Shown here one piece after another: positions 9,650-16,966 of a stretch of DNA of 47,858 bases. The number at the start of each line of letters is the position of its first letter. Within the stretch, counting starts at the first letter, position 1. Location: assembly GCA_964549475.1 (NCBI GenBank), contig CAZJXH010000002.1:1-47858 (forward strand), given 5' to 3'. The notes beneath the pieces were generated by a model. It made no database searches. It worked only from the letters and a program-made list of their open reading frames with translations, and was not told the origin of the DNA. Origin of the DNA: an uncultured Oscillospiraceae bacterium. Lineage in GTDB: Bacteria; Bacillota; Clostridia; Saccharofermentanales; UBA5734. Made by a program: the position numbers and the translations under genes.

Positions 9650-10503
9650 AACTTTCGATTGACATCATAAGCCGTTATGCGGCAGAATCCATGCTCCAGG
9701 AGGTCCTGGCAACTCCCAAACCGGGACTGGTCGACCGGAACAACTGTGGCGCCCACCATGACATGGATCTTGACACTTTTAAATGCAGTATTGCAGCCTT
9801 GGCGCCTTTCATGCACCAATTTGCCGAAGCTGGTCAACGCAGTGCCGGGCAGGACCTTGCGTTATTATTTGCAGAATTGAGAAGGACGGGCATCAATGCT
9901 GAAAAGGAAATGTTCCGGGCCACAGGCGGTGTGAATACTCATAAGGGAATGCTTTTCTCCATGGGCCTTCTATGCGGAGCAGCCGGCAGGATTCTTGCTG
10001 GAAGCGATTCGAGTCCGACTCCGGAATCTTTATGCGATATGGTTGCCGCAATGACCAAAGGGTTATGTGACAGGGAATTCGCAGGGCTGGACCGAAAAAT
10101 GTTTTTTTCACCGGGGGAACGGGTCTATATGCGTTATGGGGAAAAAGGAGCGCGCGGCGAAGCCGAAAGTGGATTCGAGAATGTTCGCCTCTTTGCATAT
10201 CCGATGATGGAATCCCTTTTCCGAAAAAAAATATCAGACAACGATGTACTGGTACATACGCTGATCCGGTTAATGTCCAAGGTCAGTGATACCAATGTAA
10301 TGGCACGCCATGACCTGGCCACCGCCCGGTACGTGAAAAAAGAGGCTGCAAGAATCTGGGAAGAAGGTGGCATGCTTTCGCCTCAAGGGCGAAAATCAAT
10401 CGAACTGCTGGATCAGGAATTTATTCGGAAAAATATCAGTCCGGGCGGCTGTGCCGACTTATTGGCAATAACCCTGTTCCTATGGTTCTTATGCCACCAT
10501 TGA
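9646..10503 (+). CDS. citG: triphosphoribosyl-dephospho-CoA synthase
   Basis: The ATG at 9646 overlaps the citC stop (ATGA). [40 protein letters not shown] is a typical CitG/MdcB N-terminus. The ORF-track start at 9469 would lie inside citC. Confidence 0.9.
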   Translation: [285 protein letters not shown]

Positions 10504-10529
10504 AATGGAAACAAGAAGGAGGAAGAAAG

Positions 10530-11792
10530 ATGGAAAAAATGTATAATCCCTATGAAAACATGCTGGAAATATTAGGAAAAGCCGCGGACAACCTCGGCTT
10601 GAAGAAGAACGATTACGTCGCACTGACGGTGCCGGAAAGAGAACTGACAGTAGCGGTCCCTGTCCAGATGGATGACGGACATATCGAGGTGTTCACGGGG
10701 TACCGGGTGCAGCATTCCAGCTCGCGCGGTCCCTGCAAGGGAGGCATCCGGTTCCATCCAAACGTCGAGATCCAGGAAGTCAAAGCTCTGGCTGCATGGA
10801 TGACGTTGAAATGTGCTGTGGTAAATATTCCTTTCGGCGGAGCCAAAGGCGGAATTGCGGTGGATCCATCAAAACTCTCACAGGGGGAATTATGCCGGAT
10901 GACAAGAAGATATACGGCGGCGATCCTTCCCCTTCTCGGACCGGAAAAGGATATTCCGGCACCCGATGTCGGTACGAACGCGCAGATCATGGGATGGATC
11001 ATGGATACCTACAGCACGTTCCAGGGCTACGCGGTGCCGGGCGTGGTGACAGGGAAACCGATTGATATCGGAGGGTCGGTGGGAAGAGGCGAAGCGACCG
11101 GAAAAGGGGTTTCCATCATCGTCAGTGAAATCACATCGAAGATGGGGATCAACCTGGCAGAGTCCAGCATTGCGATCCAAGGGTATGGAAACGTTGGCGG
11201 AACTGTGGCGACCATTCTGTATGAACAGGGATGCAAAGTTGTGGCGATCAGTGATGTGAGCTGCGGATTGTACAATCCGGACGGGCTTGATATCTCGGCC
11301 ATCAACAACTATATAAAGGAAAATCCCTCCCATCTGCTCAAAGGGTATTCTTCGATGGGAACGAAAGAAATCTCCAACTCCGAATTGCTGAAAGTACAGA
11401 CGGATATTCTGATTCCCGCGGCATTGGAAAACCAGATCACCAAGGCGATTGCTTCCGATGTCAAGGCGAAAATCATCGTAGAGGCCGCCAACGGACCGAC
11501 CACGGTTGAAGCGGATGCGATTCTGGAAGCCCGGGGCGTGGTACTGATTCCAGATATTCTTGCGAATGCGGGCGGTGTGGTGGTTTCCTATTTCGAATGG
11601 GTCCAGAACCTTCAGGCGACCTTCTGGGATTTGGCAGATGTGAATAAAATGCTTCAGAAAATTATGATCAAGAGTTTCGACGAGGTATGGAAAATCAAAT
11701 CGGAGAGCAATGTGTCCCTGCGGATGGCGGCTTATATGCTTTCCGTCGGCCGTGTGGTGAAAGCAAAACAAATCAGGGGAATCTTTCCGTAA
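10530..11792 (+). CDS. gdh: glutamate dehydrogenase (Glu/Leu/Phe/Val dehydrogenase family, about 420 aa)
   Basis: ATG at 10530 after GGAGGAAG. Motifs present: KGGIRFHP, PFGGAKGG and the dinucleotide-binding GYGNVGG. Confidence 0.93.
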   Translation: MEKMYNPYENMLEILGKAADNLGLKKNDYVALTVPERELTVAVPVQMDDGHIEVFTGYRVQHSSSRGPCKGGIRFHPNVEIQEVKALAAWMTLKCAVVNIPFGGAKGGIAVDPSKLSQGELCRMTRRYTAAILPLLGPEKDIPAPDVGTNAQIMGWIMDTYSTFQGYAVPGVVTGKPIDIGGSVGRGEATGKGVSIIVSEITSKMGINLAESSIAIQGYGNVGGTVATILYEQGCKVVAISDVSCGLYNPDGLDISAINNYIKENPSHLLKGYSSMGTKEISNSELLKVQTDILIPAALENQITKAIASDVKAKIIVEAANGPTTVEADAILEARGVVLIPDILANAGGVVVSYFEWVQNLQATFWDLADVNKMLQKIMIKSFDEVWKIKSESNVSLRMAAYMLSVGRVVKAKQIRGIFP

Positions 11793-11959
11793 AAATAGAT
11801 ATAGATGGTAAAATACTCCGCTTAATATGGACTTTCCGGCTTCAGTTCATGATGGAACACGCCTGGTTTGTGATGAAAAAAAATAGAGTTTTACATCCAT
11901 ATGATGATATCTGAAACCAATGTCTGCTTTTGCAATATGGATGTTTCCCAAAACACTAT

Positions 11960-12976
11960 TTACCAACGGTTAATAGCGTGCTCTGCAAATGCCATCAGGT
12001 TTTTTACATTAATAACTCTGCCATCATCAAGTACGGCTTTCCCCGTGAATCTGCCAAAAACCTGATGACAATTATTATTAATAACAAGCATTTTGGTTTC
12101 GGTATAATTATCGTATACCGGTACAAAATCCATTTCGAAACGATTGTCACTGCTTGTAAATGTCCATGGCCTGGTGTAATCGCCATTCGGAATGTTAAAT
12201 TTCACATCTTCCAGCTTATGGCAGGTCCCATCATAGAACAGCATGTTTTCGGTTGCCGCCGAAGTGTCTCCGAAGCCATAGCCAAGATTGAACCCGAAAC
12301 GCCTGCCATCAATCATTTGGCTGCCATTGCTCCAGAACCACTCATTCTTATAAAGCCAGACGCCCCGCCCCCAGTCAAGAAGGCCAAAGGTGTCATCAGG
12401 ATGAACGGGATATTCTACTCCGCCTATCATCGCCCGACCCGATGCAGGCATGCAGTTTATTTTTTGATTATAGTAAAAAGCATACGGGTTTTCCCGGTAT
12501 GGTGTTGCGATCACGAGAGACGACTTGTCAGGCTGGCTCAATGTAATGTCCACATCTACGGAAGTCATTTTTGGACCATCTATTTTGCAATACAGCCTTC
12601 TGCTGTTTTCCCCCTGCGTGAATGACATTTCAAATCCTTTTGCCTTGTATGCAACGTCGCCTTCTTCCGCGCTGAGAGGCATATGCAGCCGGTTAAACGG
12701 AAGCGGCAGCAGTTTCATAACGCTCTGCCGGCTGCCATTTGCAAGGTTAAAAACCGTTATGGCCACGGAACCGACATAGGAGGCATGACCTATTGTGAAC
12801 TGCATGCAAAAACGGTCATTGCTTATCTGGTAAAAATCCCATTCTTTTATACGCCAGGGAGCCGTGTGAATCGACTCGCGGTTATAATGCAAAACGTGGT
12901 GGGTTGAATATCCGGGTTCAGTGATCACGCCATATTTTGAAAGAAGATTGCCCGGTTTTGTTATTTCATGCTGCAT
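11960..12976 (-). CDS. DUF2804 domain-containing protein (function unknown)
   Basis: 338 aa. The N-terminal pattern (...YNRESIHTAPWRIKEWDFYQI...) and the size match my recollection of the DUF2804 family. It lies 3 nt downstream of the MFS gene on the same strand. Confidence 0.7.
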   Translation of the reverse strand: MQHEITKPGNLLSKYGVITEPGYSTHHVLHYNRESIHTAPWRIKEWDFYQISNDRFCMQFTIGHASYVGSVAITVFNLANGSRQSVMKLLPLPFNRLHMPLSAEEGDVAYKAKGFEMSFTQGENSRRLYCKIDGPKMTSVDVDITLSQPDKSSLVIATPYRENPYAFYYNQKINCMPASGRAMIGGVEYPVHPDDTFGLLDWGRGVWLYKNEWFWSNGSQMIDGRRFGFNLGYGFGDTSAATENMLFYDGTCHKLEDVKFNIPNGDYTRPWTFTSSDNRFEMDFVPVYDNYTETKMLVINNNCHQVFGRFTGKAVLDDGRVINVKNLMAFAEHAINRW

Positions 12977-12979
12977 ACA

Positions 12980-14287
12980 TTATACCTTCGGCTCTGTTTT
13001 TACTGAATGAATACGAGCTTTATTCAGCCTGTATGCAGGAATCAGCGGCAGAAGCGTAAGGGAGGTTACAAACGCGGATATAATGAAAAGCGATCCTGTC
13101 GGGATCATGCCAGCTTTCCCTTCAATAATTCCGGAAACCCCCATGCTTTTGATAATACCCGTCGCGATGGCCGGTCCTATGACCATTGGCAGCAAAACAT
13201 AGAATAATTGCTTAATCCCTTCAAACTGTCCGCGCTGATCTTCTGGATAAAGGTTTTTAATCCACGCCGTCAGAGTCTGAAGTGTAATGACATATCCGAC
13301 ACCGGCACCGAAGACGCCTATCAATAGTATGAAAAAATTGTTTGAAAGAGTAATCACAAAAAGACCGATAAAATTGACTGCCACCGCAATCAGGATGACA
13401 AAGGGCGACTTTCCCTTGTCGATAAAGCGTGCGGCAGGGATTGTAAAAAGCACAGCAGCAAGCAGGCCGATCCCCTGAATGATCCCTGTCGTTGTATAGT
13501 CCAGTTTGAGATAATTCACAAAATATATAGTTATATAAGGAAAATAGACATTAAATCCGATGAAATACACCATCATTACAACGAATACCCAAAAGAGCTC
13601 TTTGTTTTTTAGAACGGTCTTGATATTAAAAACAGAAACGAATTGATGCCAAAAACCATTTTCATCCCGCTTGGGCTTAAGCGTGGGGGACTCTTTCAGT
13701 GTGAACAGCGTGAGGAACCCCATCAGCATGACAAAACCGCCCATAATAATGAAGAAAGGGAAGAAATCGATTGCGTCAATGATAATACCCGATACGATCG
13801 CTCCGAATATTGTCGCAAGAACAGGCATCGCAGCAAATGCGCCGCCCAATTTCCCCCGGTTGTGTTCGTTTGTTATATCGGTTGTCCACGGACTGAATCC
13901 TGCATCAAACCCCATTGAACCAAAGAAGCTCATTACAGCATCTGCTGCAATAACAAGTATGGCCGCAATAAAAATGGGGTTCTTTGGTATGAATTGGGTG
14001 GCACCGAAAGCGATTGTAAACATACCCCATAATATGTATCCGAATACGATAAAAGGTTTTCGACGTGCGATCCTGTCGCCCCATGTGCCGATCAAAAAAG
14101 TTGCGAAAGTTGTTGTCACCGCGCTAATGCCAACCATCCAGGCGATAATGGACGGATCAGGCGCAATTTTTGCATAAACGAATGTATTGAACCATGAGTT
14201 TTCAACATTCCAGCAAATTTGACCTGCCATTCCGAGAATCCAGATGAGAGCCCAATTTTTGGCTCCGATGCGATTACTGTTTTTCAT
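12980..14287 (-). CDS. MFS transporter (sugar/glycoside-type)
   Basis: About 12 predicted hydrophobic helices and the MFS loop motif GTWGDRIARRKPF. I prefer the ATG at 14287 (GGGAG upstream) over the TTG at 14305. Confidence 0.85.
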   Translation of the reverse strand: MKNSNRIGAKNWALIWILGMAGQICWNVENSWFNTFVYAKIAPDPSIIAWMVGISAVTTTFATFLIGTWGDRIARRKPFIVFGYILWGMFTIAFGATQFIPKNPIFIAAILVIAADAVMSFFGSMGFDAGFSPWTTDITNEHNRGKLGGAFAAMPVLATIFGAIVSGIIIDAIDFFPFFIIMGGFVMLMGFLTLFTLKESPTLKPKRDENGFWHQFVSVFNIKTVLKNKELFWVFVVMMVYFIGFNVYFPYITIYFVNYLKLDYTTTGIIQGIGLLAAVLFTIPAARFIDKGKSPFVILIAVAVNFIGLFVITLSNNFFILLIGVFGAGVGYVITLQTLTAWIKNLYPEDQRGQFEGIKQLFYVLLPMVIGPAIATGIIKSMGVSGIIEGKAGMIPTGSLFIISAFVTSLTLLPLIPAYRLNKARIHSVKTEPKV

Positions 14288-14330
14288 TGTTCCCGCTCCC
14301 TTCAAAATTTAATAAAGTACGAGTGTTTTA

Positions 14331-15371
14331 TCAGGGTGCCTGAATTGCTGCGACGGAATCCCGGACAATCAATTCAAGATCAATATTGATGCTGCTTCCA
14401 ACCACGTCTTTTTCGATTTCGTCCACAAGCATCCCCACTGCATATCCGCCCATTTCATATCGGGGCTGCCTTATTGTTGTCAGATTGATACCGCAGTTGA
14501 TATTGGCTTGCATCAAACAAATATCGTCAAACCCGACCACGGAAATATCCTCCGGGATTCTGAGGCCGTGTTCCACGGCGCTTTGGATAAAGCCGCAGGC
14601 CATGTCGTCATTTGCACAGAATATTGCCGTGAAGTCATGCCTTTCATCCAGAAGACGGTTTGAAGCGGCGTAGGATTCGTTGAAAAAGTAGTTTCCCTTG
14701 ATGACTAATTTCTCATCATACGGCAGTTTATAATCGAGGAGTGCCTGGCGGTAGCCGCTAAAACGCTCGTCGGCATCGAACGCGTCTATATTGCCCATGA
14801 TATGAGCGATGCGCTTGTGCCCGGCCTGTATCAGATATCGTACCGCCTTATAGGCTCCATCGTAGTTATTGACATTAATGGAAGGTACACCGGGTATATT
14901 GTAGTTGCTGTCAATTATCACTAAAGGAAAATTCTGATCCTTGATGCTGATGACATCCTCGCGCGTAACGGCATCGTGTCCAAGGAATATGATTCCATCG
15001 GCCTTGTCCATCAGAAATGTGGAATAATGAACATTCGCATTCCCGCTTTGATGAATGTTGTTTATGCAGAAAAGTACGCCGTAACCGCGTTTGCTTGCTT
15101 CCTGGTAAATTCCCTCAACAAATTTGTTGTAAAACACATGCCCCAGAAGCTCCCTTACCACAACACCGATGACCTTGCTTTTTTTCAAAACGAGGGCTCT
15201 TGCAGAGCCGTTGGGATGATAATTCAATTGCCGTACAGCATCCATCACTCGTTTCTTTTTCTCTTCTTTAACGGGCCCGGAATGATTCAACACCCTTGAC
15301 ACCATGCTTTTAGAAACATTGGCCAGCTTGGCAACATCATAAATACTGTTCAATAGTGACACGCTCCTCAT
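14331..15371 (-). CDS. LacI family transcriptional regulator
   Basis: N-terminal HTH IYDVAKLANVSKSMVSRVLN followed by a periplasmic-binding-protein-like sugar-binding core. A TTG at 15353, 10 nt after GAGGAG, is a plausible alternative start. Confidence 0.92.
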   Translation of the reverse strand: MRSVSLLNSIYDVAKLANVSKSMVSRVLNHSGPVKEEKKKRVMDAVRQLNYHPNGSARALVLKKSKVIGVVVRELLGHVFYNKFVEGIYQEASKRGYGVLFCINNIHQSGNANVHYSTFLMDKADGIIFLGHDAVTREDVISIKDQNFPLVIIDSNYNIPGVPSINVNNYDGAYKAVRYLIQAGHKRIAHIMGNIDAFDADERFSGYRQALLDYKLPYDEKLVIKGNYFFNESYAASNRLLDERHDFTAIFCANDDMACGFIQSAVEHGLRIPEDISVVGFDDICLMQANINCGINLTTIRQPRYEMGGYAVGMLVDEIEKDVVGSSINIDLELIVRDSVAAIQAP

Positions 15372-15384
15372 CCATCATAATTAC

Positions 15385-15402
15385 ATTGAAAACGCTCCCA
15401 AT
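15385..15402. promoter_or_regulatory. candidate LacI-type operator (ATTGAAAACGCTCCCAAT) just upstream of the LacI-MFS-DUF2804 operon
   Basis: Its core, TGAAAACGsTCCCA, recurs in inverted orientation at 15569-15588. It has a central CG, as in LacI-family operators. Confidence 0.4.
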
Positions 15403-15568
15403 AACAATAAAAAACTACCCTGGCATTTACTTTCTATTTACTAAATTAACACTATTTTGTATCACAGTCAATAGTGAAAAAGAAATACTCGCACAATTGT
15501 TGTATAATATTTCAAATTATCAAATATAAATGTTTTATACCAGATGAATCAGAGTAAAATTGAACTTT

Positions 15569-15588
15569 TCAATGGGACCGTTTTCATG
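15569..15588. promoter_or_regulatory. second copy of the candidate operator (TCAATGGGACCGTTTTCATG)
   Basis: 14 of 18 positions are identical to the reverse complement of 15385-15402, about 185 bp away. Confidence 0.35.
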
Positions 15589-15685
15589 ATATCAAAATTA
15601 TCTGCCGATCAATCGTTAAAATTGTACTCTGGTATAGTTTATAAATCATTGAAATTTAAATTTGAATTATAATATGACAAATAAC

Positions 15686-15715
15686 TTGACAAACAATTAG
15701 AATAATATGTATAAT
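15686..15715 (+). promoter_or_regulatory. sigma-A-type promoter (TTGACA, 18-nt spacer, TATAAT)
   Basis: Consensus hexamers lie at 15686-15691 and 15710-15715, about 90 nt upstream of the small ORF at 15807. Confidence 0.55.
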
Positions 15716-15806
15716 AATATTTATCAATCAAGCTAGTGAATTCATATTTATAATGCGATTGTTAACCAGTAGAAACAACTGATAAAAAACAAAGGAGGAA
15801 GATACA

Positions 15807-15962
15807 ATGTGGACAGTCATTATCATCATATTTGTCCTTTGGTTACTCGGCGCTTTCGGCGGAAGAGTATTTTCAGGATTCCCGAAAACAGGCAATTGGG
15901 TTCATAGCCTGATCTTGATAGCCATTATCCTGCTGATATTAAAACTTCTGAACGTAATTTGA
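15807..15962 (+). CDS. small (51 aa) two-helix membrane protein, lmo0937 family-like
   Basis: AAAGGAGGA lies 8 nt upstream of the ATG. Translation: MWTVIIIIFVLWLLGAFGGRVFSGFPKTGNWVHSLILIAIILLILKLLNVI. It is missing from the ORF track because it is under 60 aa. Confidence 0.75.
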   Translation: MWTVIIIIFVLWLLGAFGGRVFSGFPKTGNWVHSLILIAIILLILKLLNVI

Positions 15963-16108
15963 TTTAGCAGTCTTAAAGACCATGCAATCGACTGGGGTGA
16001 GTCCGTCAGGAGCCCCCTATAATTCATTTGTGTTTTTTAGGTAAAGAATAATATTGATCAGAGGCATATTTTGATTTTCCCATAATGATGAGCAACCACA
16101 TAGCGTAA

Positions 16109-16180
16109 TGCAACATGGGGACGGTTCTTGTGTTGCATTTTATTTCGTTTATGCAACACAAGAACCGTCCCCATGTTGCA
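16109..16180. repeat. perfect 30-bp inverted repeat with a 12-nt spacer (REP-like palindromic element)
   Basis: TGCAACATGGGGACGGTTCTTGTGTTGCAT (16109-16138) is the exact reverse complement of 16151-16180. Each arm also has its own terminal 7-nt inverted repeat (TGCAACA...TGTTGCA). There is no U-tract on either side. Confidence 0.9.
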
Positions 16181-16258
16181 CCCTGAGTTATTCCACAGTC
16201 TGCCATCCCTGCGTTCCATTTCTTTTCGTAAGCGATCGCCCTGTATCGTGGTGAAATG

Positions 16259-16287
16259 TTGACTTGCATAATGGTAAAAGATACAAT
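16259..16287 (+). promoter_or_regulatory. sigma-A-type promoter (TTGACT, 17-nt spacer, TACAAT) upstream of the sigma-factor gene
   Basis: Near-consensus hexamers about 175 nt upstream of the ATG at 16463. The -10 element overlaps an array of alternating ACAATT/AATTGT hexamers (16283-16304). Confidence 0.5.
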
Positions 16288-16462
16288 TAAAATTGTTCAC
16301 AATTCCACTGCAATAGAAAATTTATTGTTAAAACAGACCACTTCGTAAAAGCATTGCAAAAAATATACACTACTAAACTGATACGGATGAATTTTGTCAC
16401 CATTCACCGTTATTGTTCGTTTTATATAATGATTGGACTTGAAGAATGTGAGGACCTGCTTT

Positions 16463-16966
16463 ATGGAAAACGGAATTCATGATGATCCGGCCGGATCTGG
16501 TAATGAAGTAAGTCGCGCTATCGAAGATTACAGCAATATGCTTTTCAAAATCTGCATCGTCATGCTTTGCAGCGAATATGATGCAGAAGAGGCGGTCCAG
16601 GAGACGTTCCTCCGCTACATGACCAAAGCGCCGGCATTCAACGGGGCTGAACATGAGAAAGCATGGCTTATACGGGTCGCAACCAACATCTGCAGGGACA
16701 TGCGCAGGTTCAGGTTCAGACATCAGCACCTGAACATTGATGACTTGGATGACTATTACAAGACCGAAGAAAATTCAGGGATACTCGAGGCCGTTATGAA
16801 ACTGCCGCAGGACTACAAGATAGTGATCATGCTATTCTATATCGAGGGCTACAATGTCGAAGGCATTTCACGGATCACCGGAATTTCCGCTTCAGCGGTC
16901 AAGAAACGCCTTCAGCGCGGAAGAGAAAAGCTGAAGCTCGACTACAGAAAGGAATACCTGTCATGA
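16463..16966 (+). CDS. RNA polymerase sigma-70 family factor, ECF subfamily
   Basis: Region 2 (EEAVQETFLRYM...AWLIRVATNICRDMRR) and region 4 (GISRITGISASAVKKRLQRGREKL) are present. I prefer the ATG at 16463 (GAGGA 9 nt upstream) over the TTG at 16433. Confidence 0.9.
   Translation: MENGIHDDPAGSGNEVSRAIEDYSNMLFKICIVMLCSEYDAEEAVQETFLRYMTKAPAFNGAEHEKAWLIRVATNICRDMRRFRFRHQHLNIDDLDDYYKTEENSGILEAVMKLPQDYKIVIMLFYIEGYNVEGISRITGISASAVKKRLQRGREKLKLDYRKEYLS

Noticed and set aside
10890-11771. 293-aa ORF antisense to the glutamate dehydrogenase gene. Similar long antisense ORFs occur at 1420-2148, 2290-2832, 5856-6380, 11930-12625, 18496-19302, 23574-24173, 34115-34795, 35059-35601 and 36775-37365.
   Set aside because: Each lies entirely inside a confidently assigned gene on the opposite strand. 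They have low-complexity, Arg/Ser/Pro-rich or otherwise unrecognisable translations and no RBS. Long stop-free antisense frames are a known by-product of codon bias.
11893-11944. 10-bp stem (ACATCCATAT / ATATGGATGT) between the convergent gdh and DUF2804 genes, considered as a bidirectional terminator.
   Set aside because: The loop is 32 nt, and the T-run on the minus-strand side starts 9 nt after the stem. This is not convincing without 3'-end data.
15544-15672. 42-aa ORF in the AT-rich spacer upstream of the small membrane-protein gene.
   Set aside because: It has no RBS, an AT-rich low-information translation, and it overlaps the predicted operator and promoter. It is most likely non-coding.
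16109-16180. The 30-bp hairpin as an intrinsic terminator of the small membrane-protein gene.
   Set aside because: No U-tract follows the stem on either strand, and the stem is far longer than typical terminators. I report it as a repeat element instead.
16024-16300. Two overlapping minus-strand ORFs (81 and 80 aa).
   Set aside because: Both read straight through the 30-bp inverted repeat, so their sequence is dictated by the palindrome. They have no RBS and no recognisable family.
16391-16430. ECF-type autoregulatory promoter (TGAATT...CGTTA) directly upstream of the sigma-factor gene.
   Set aside because: The spacing between the putative -35 and -10 elements (about 14 nt) does not fit known ECF promoters (16-17 nt), and the motifs are weak.
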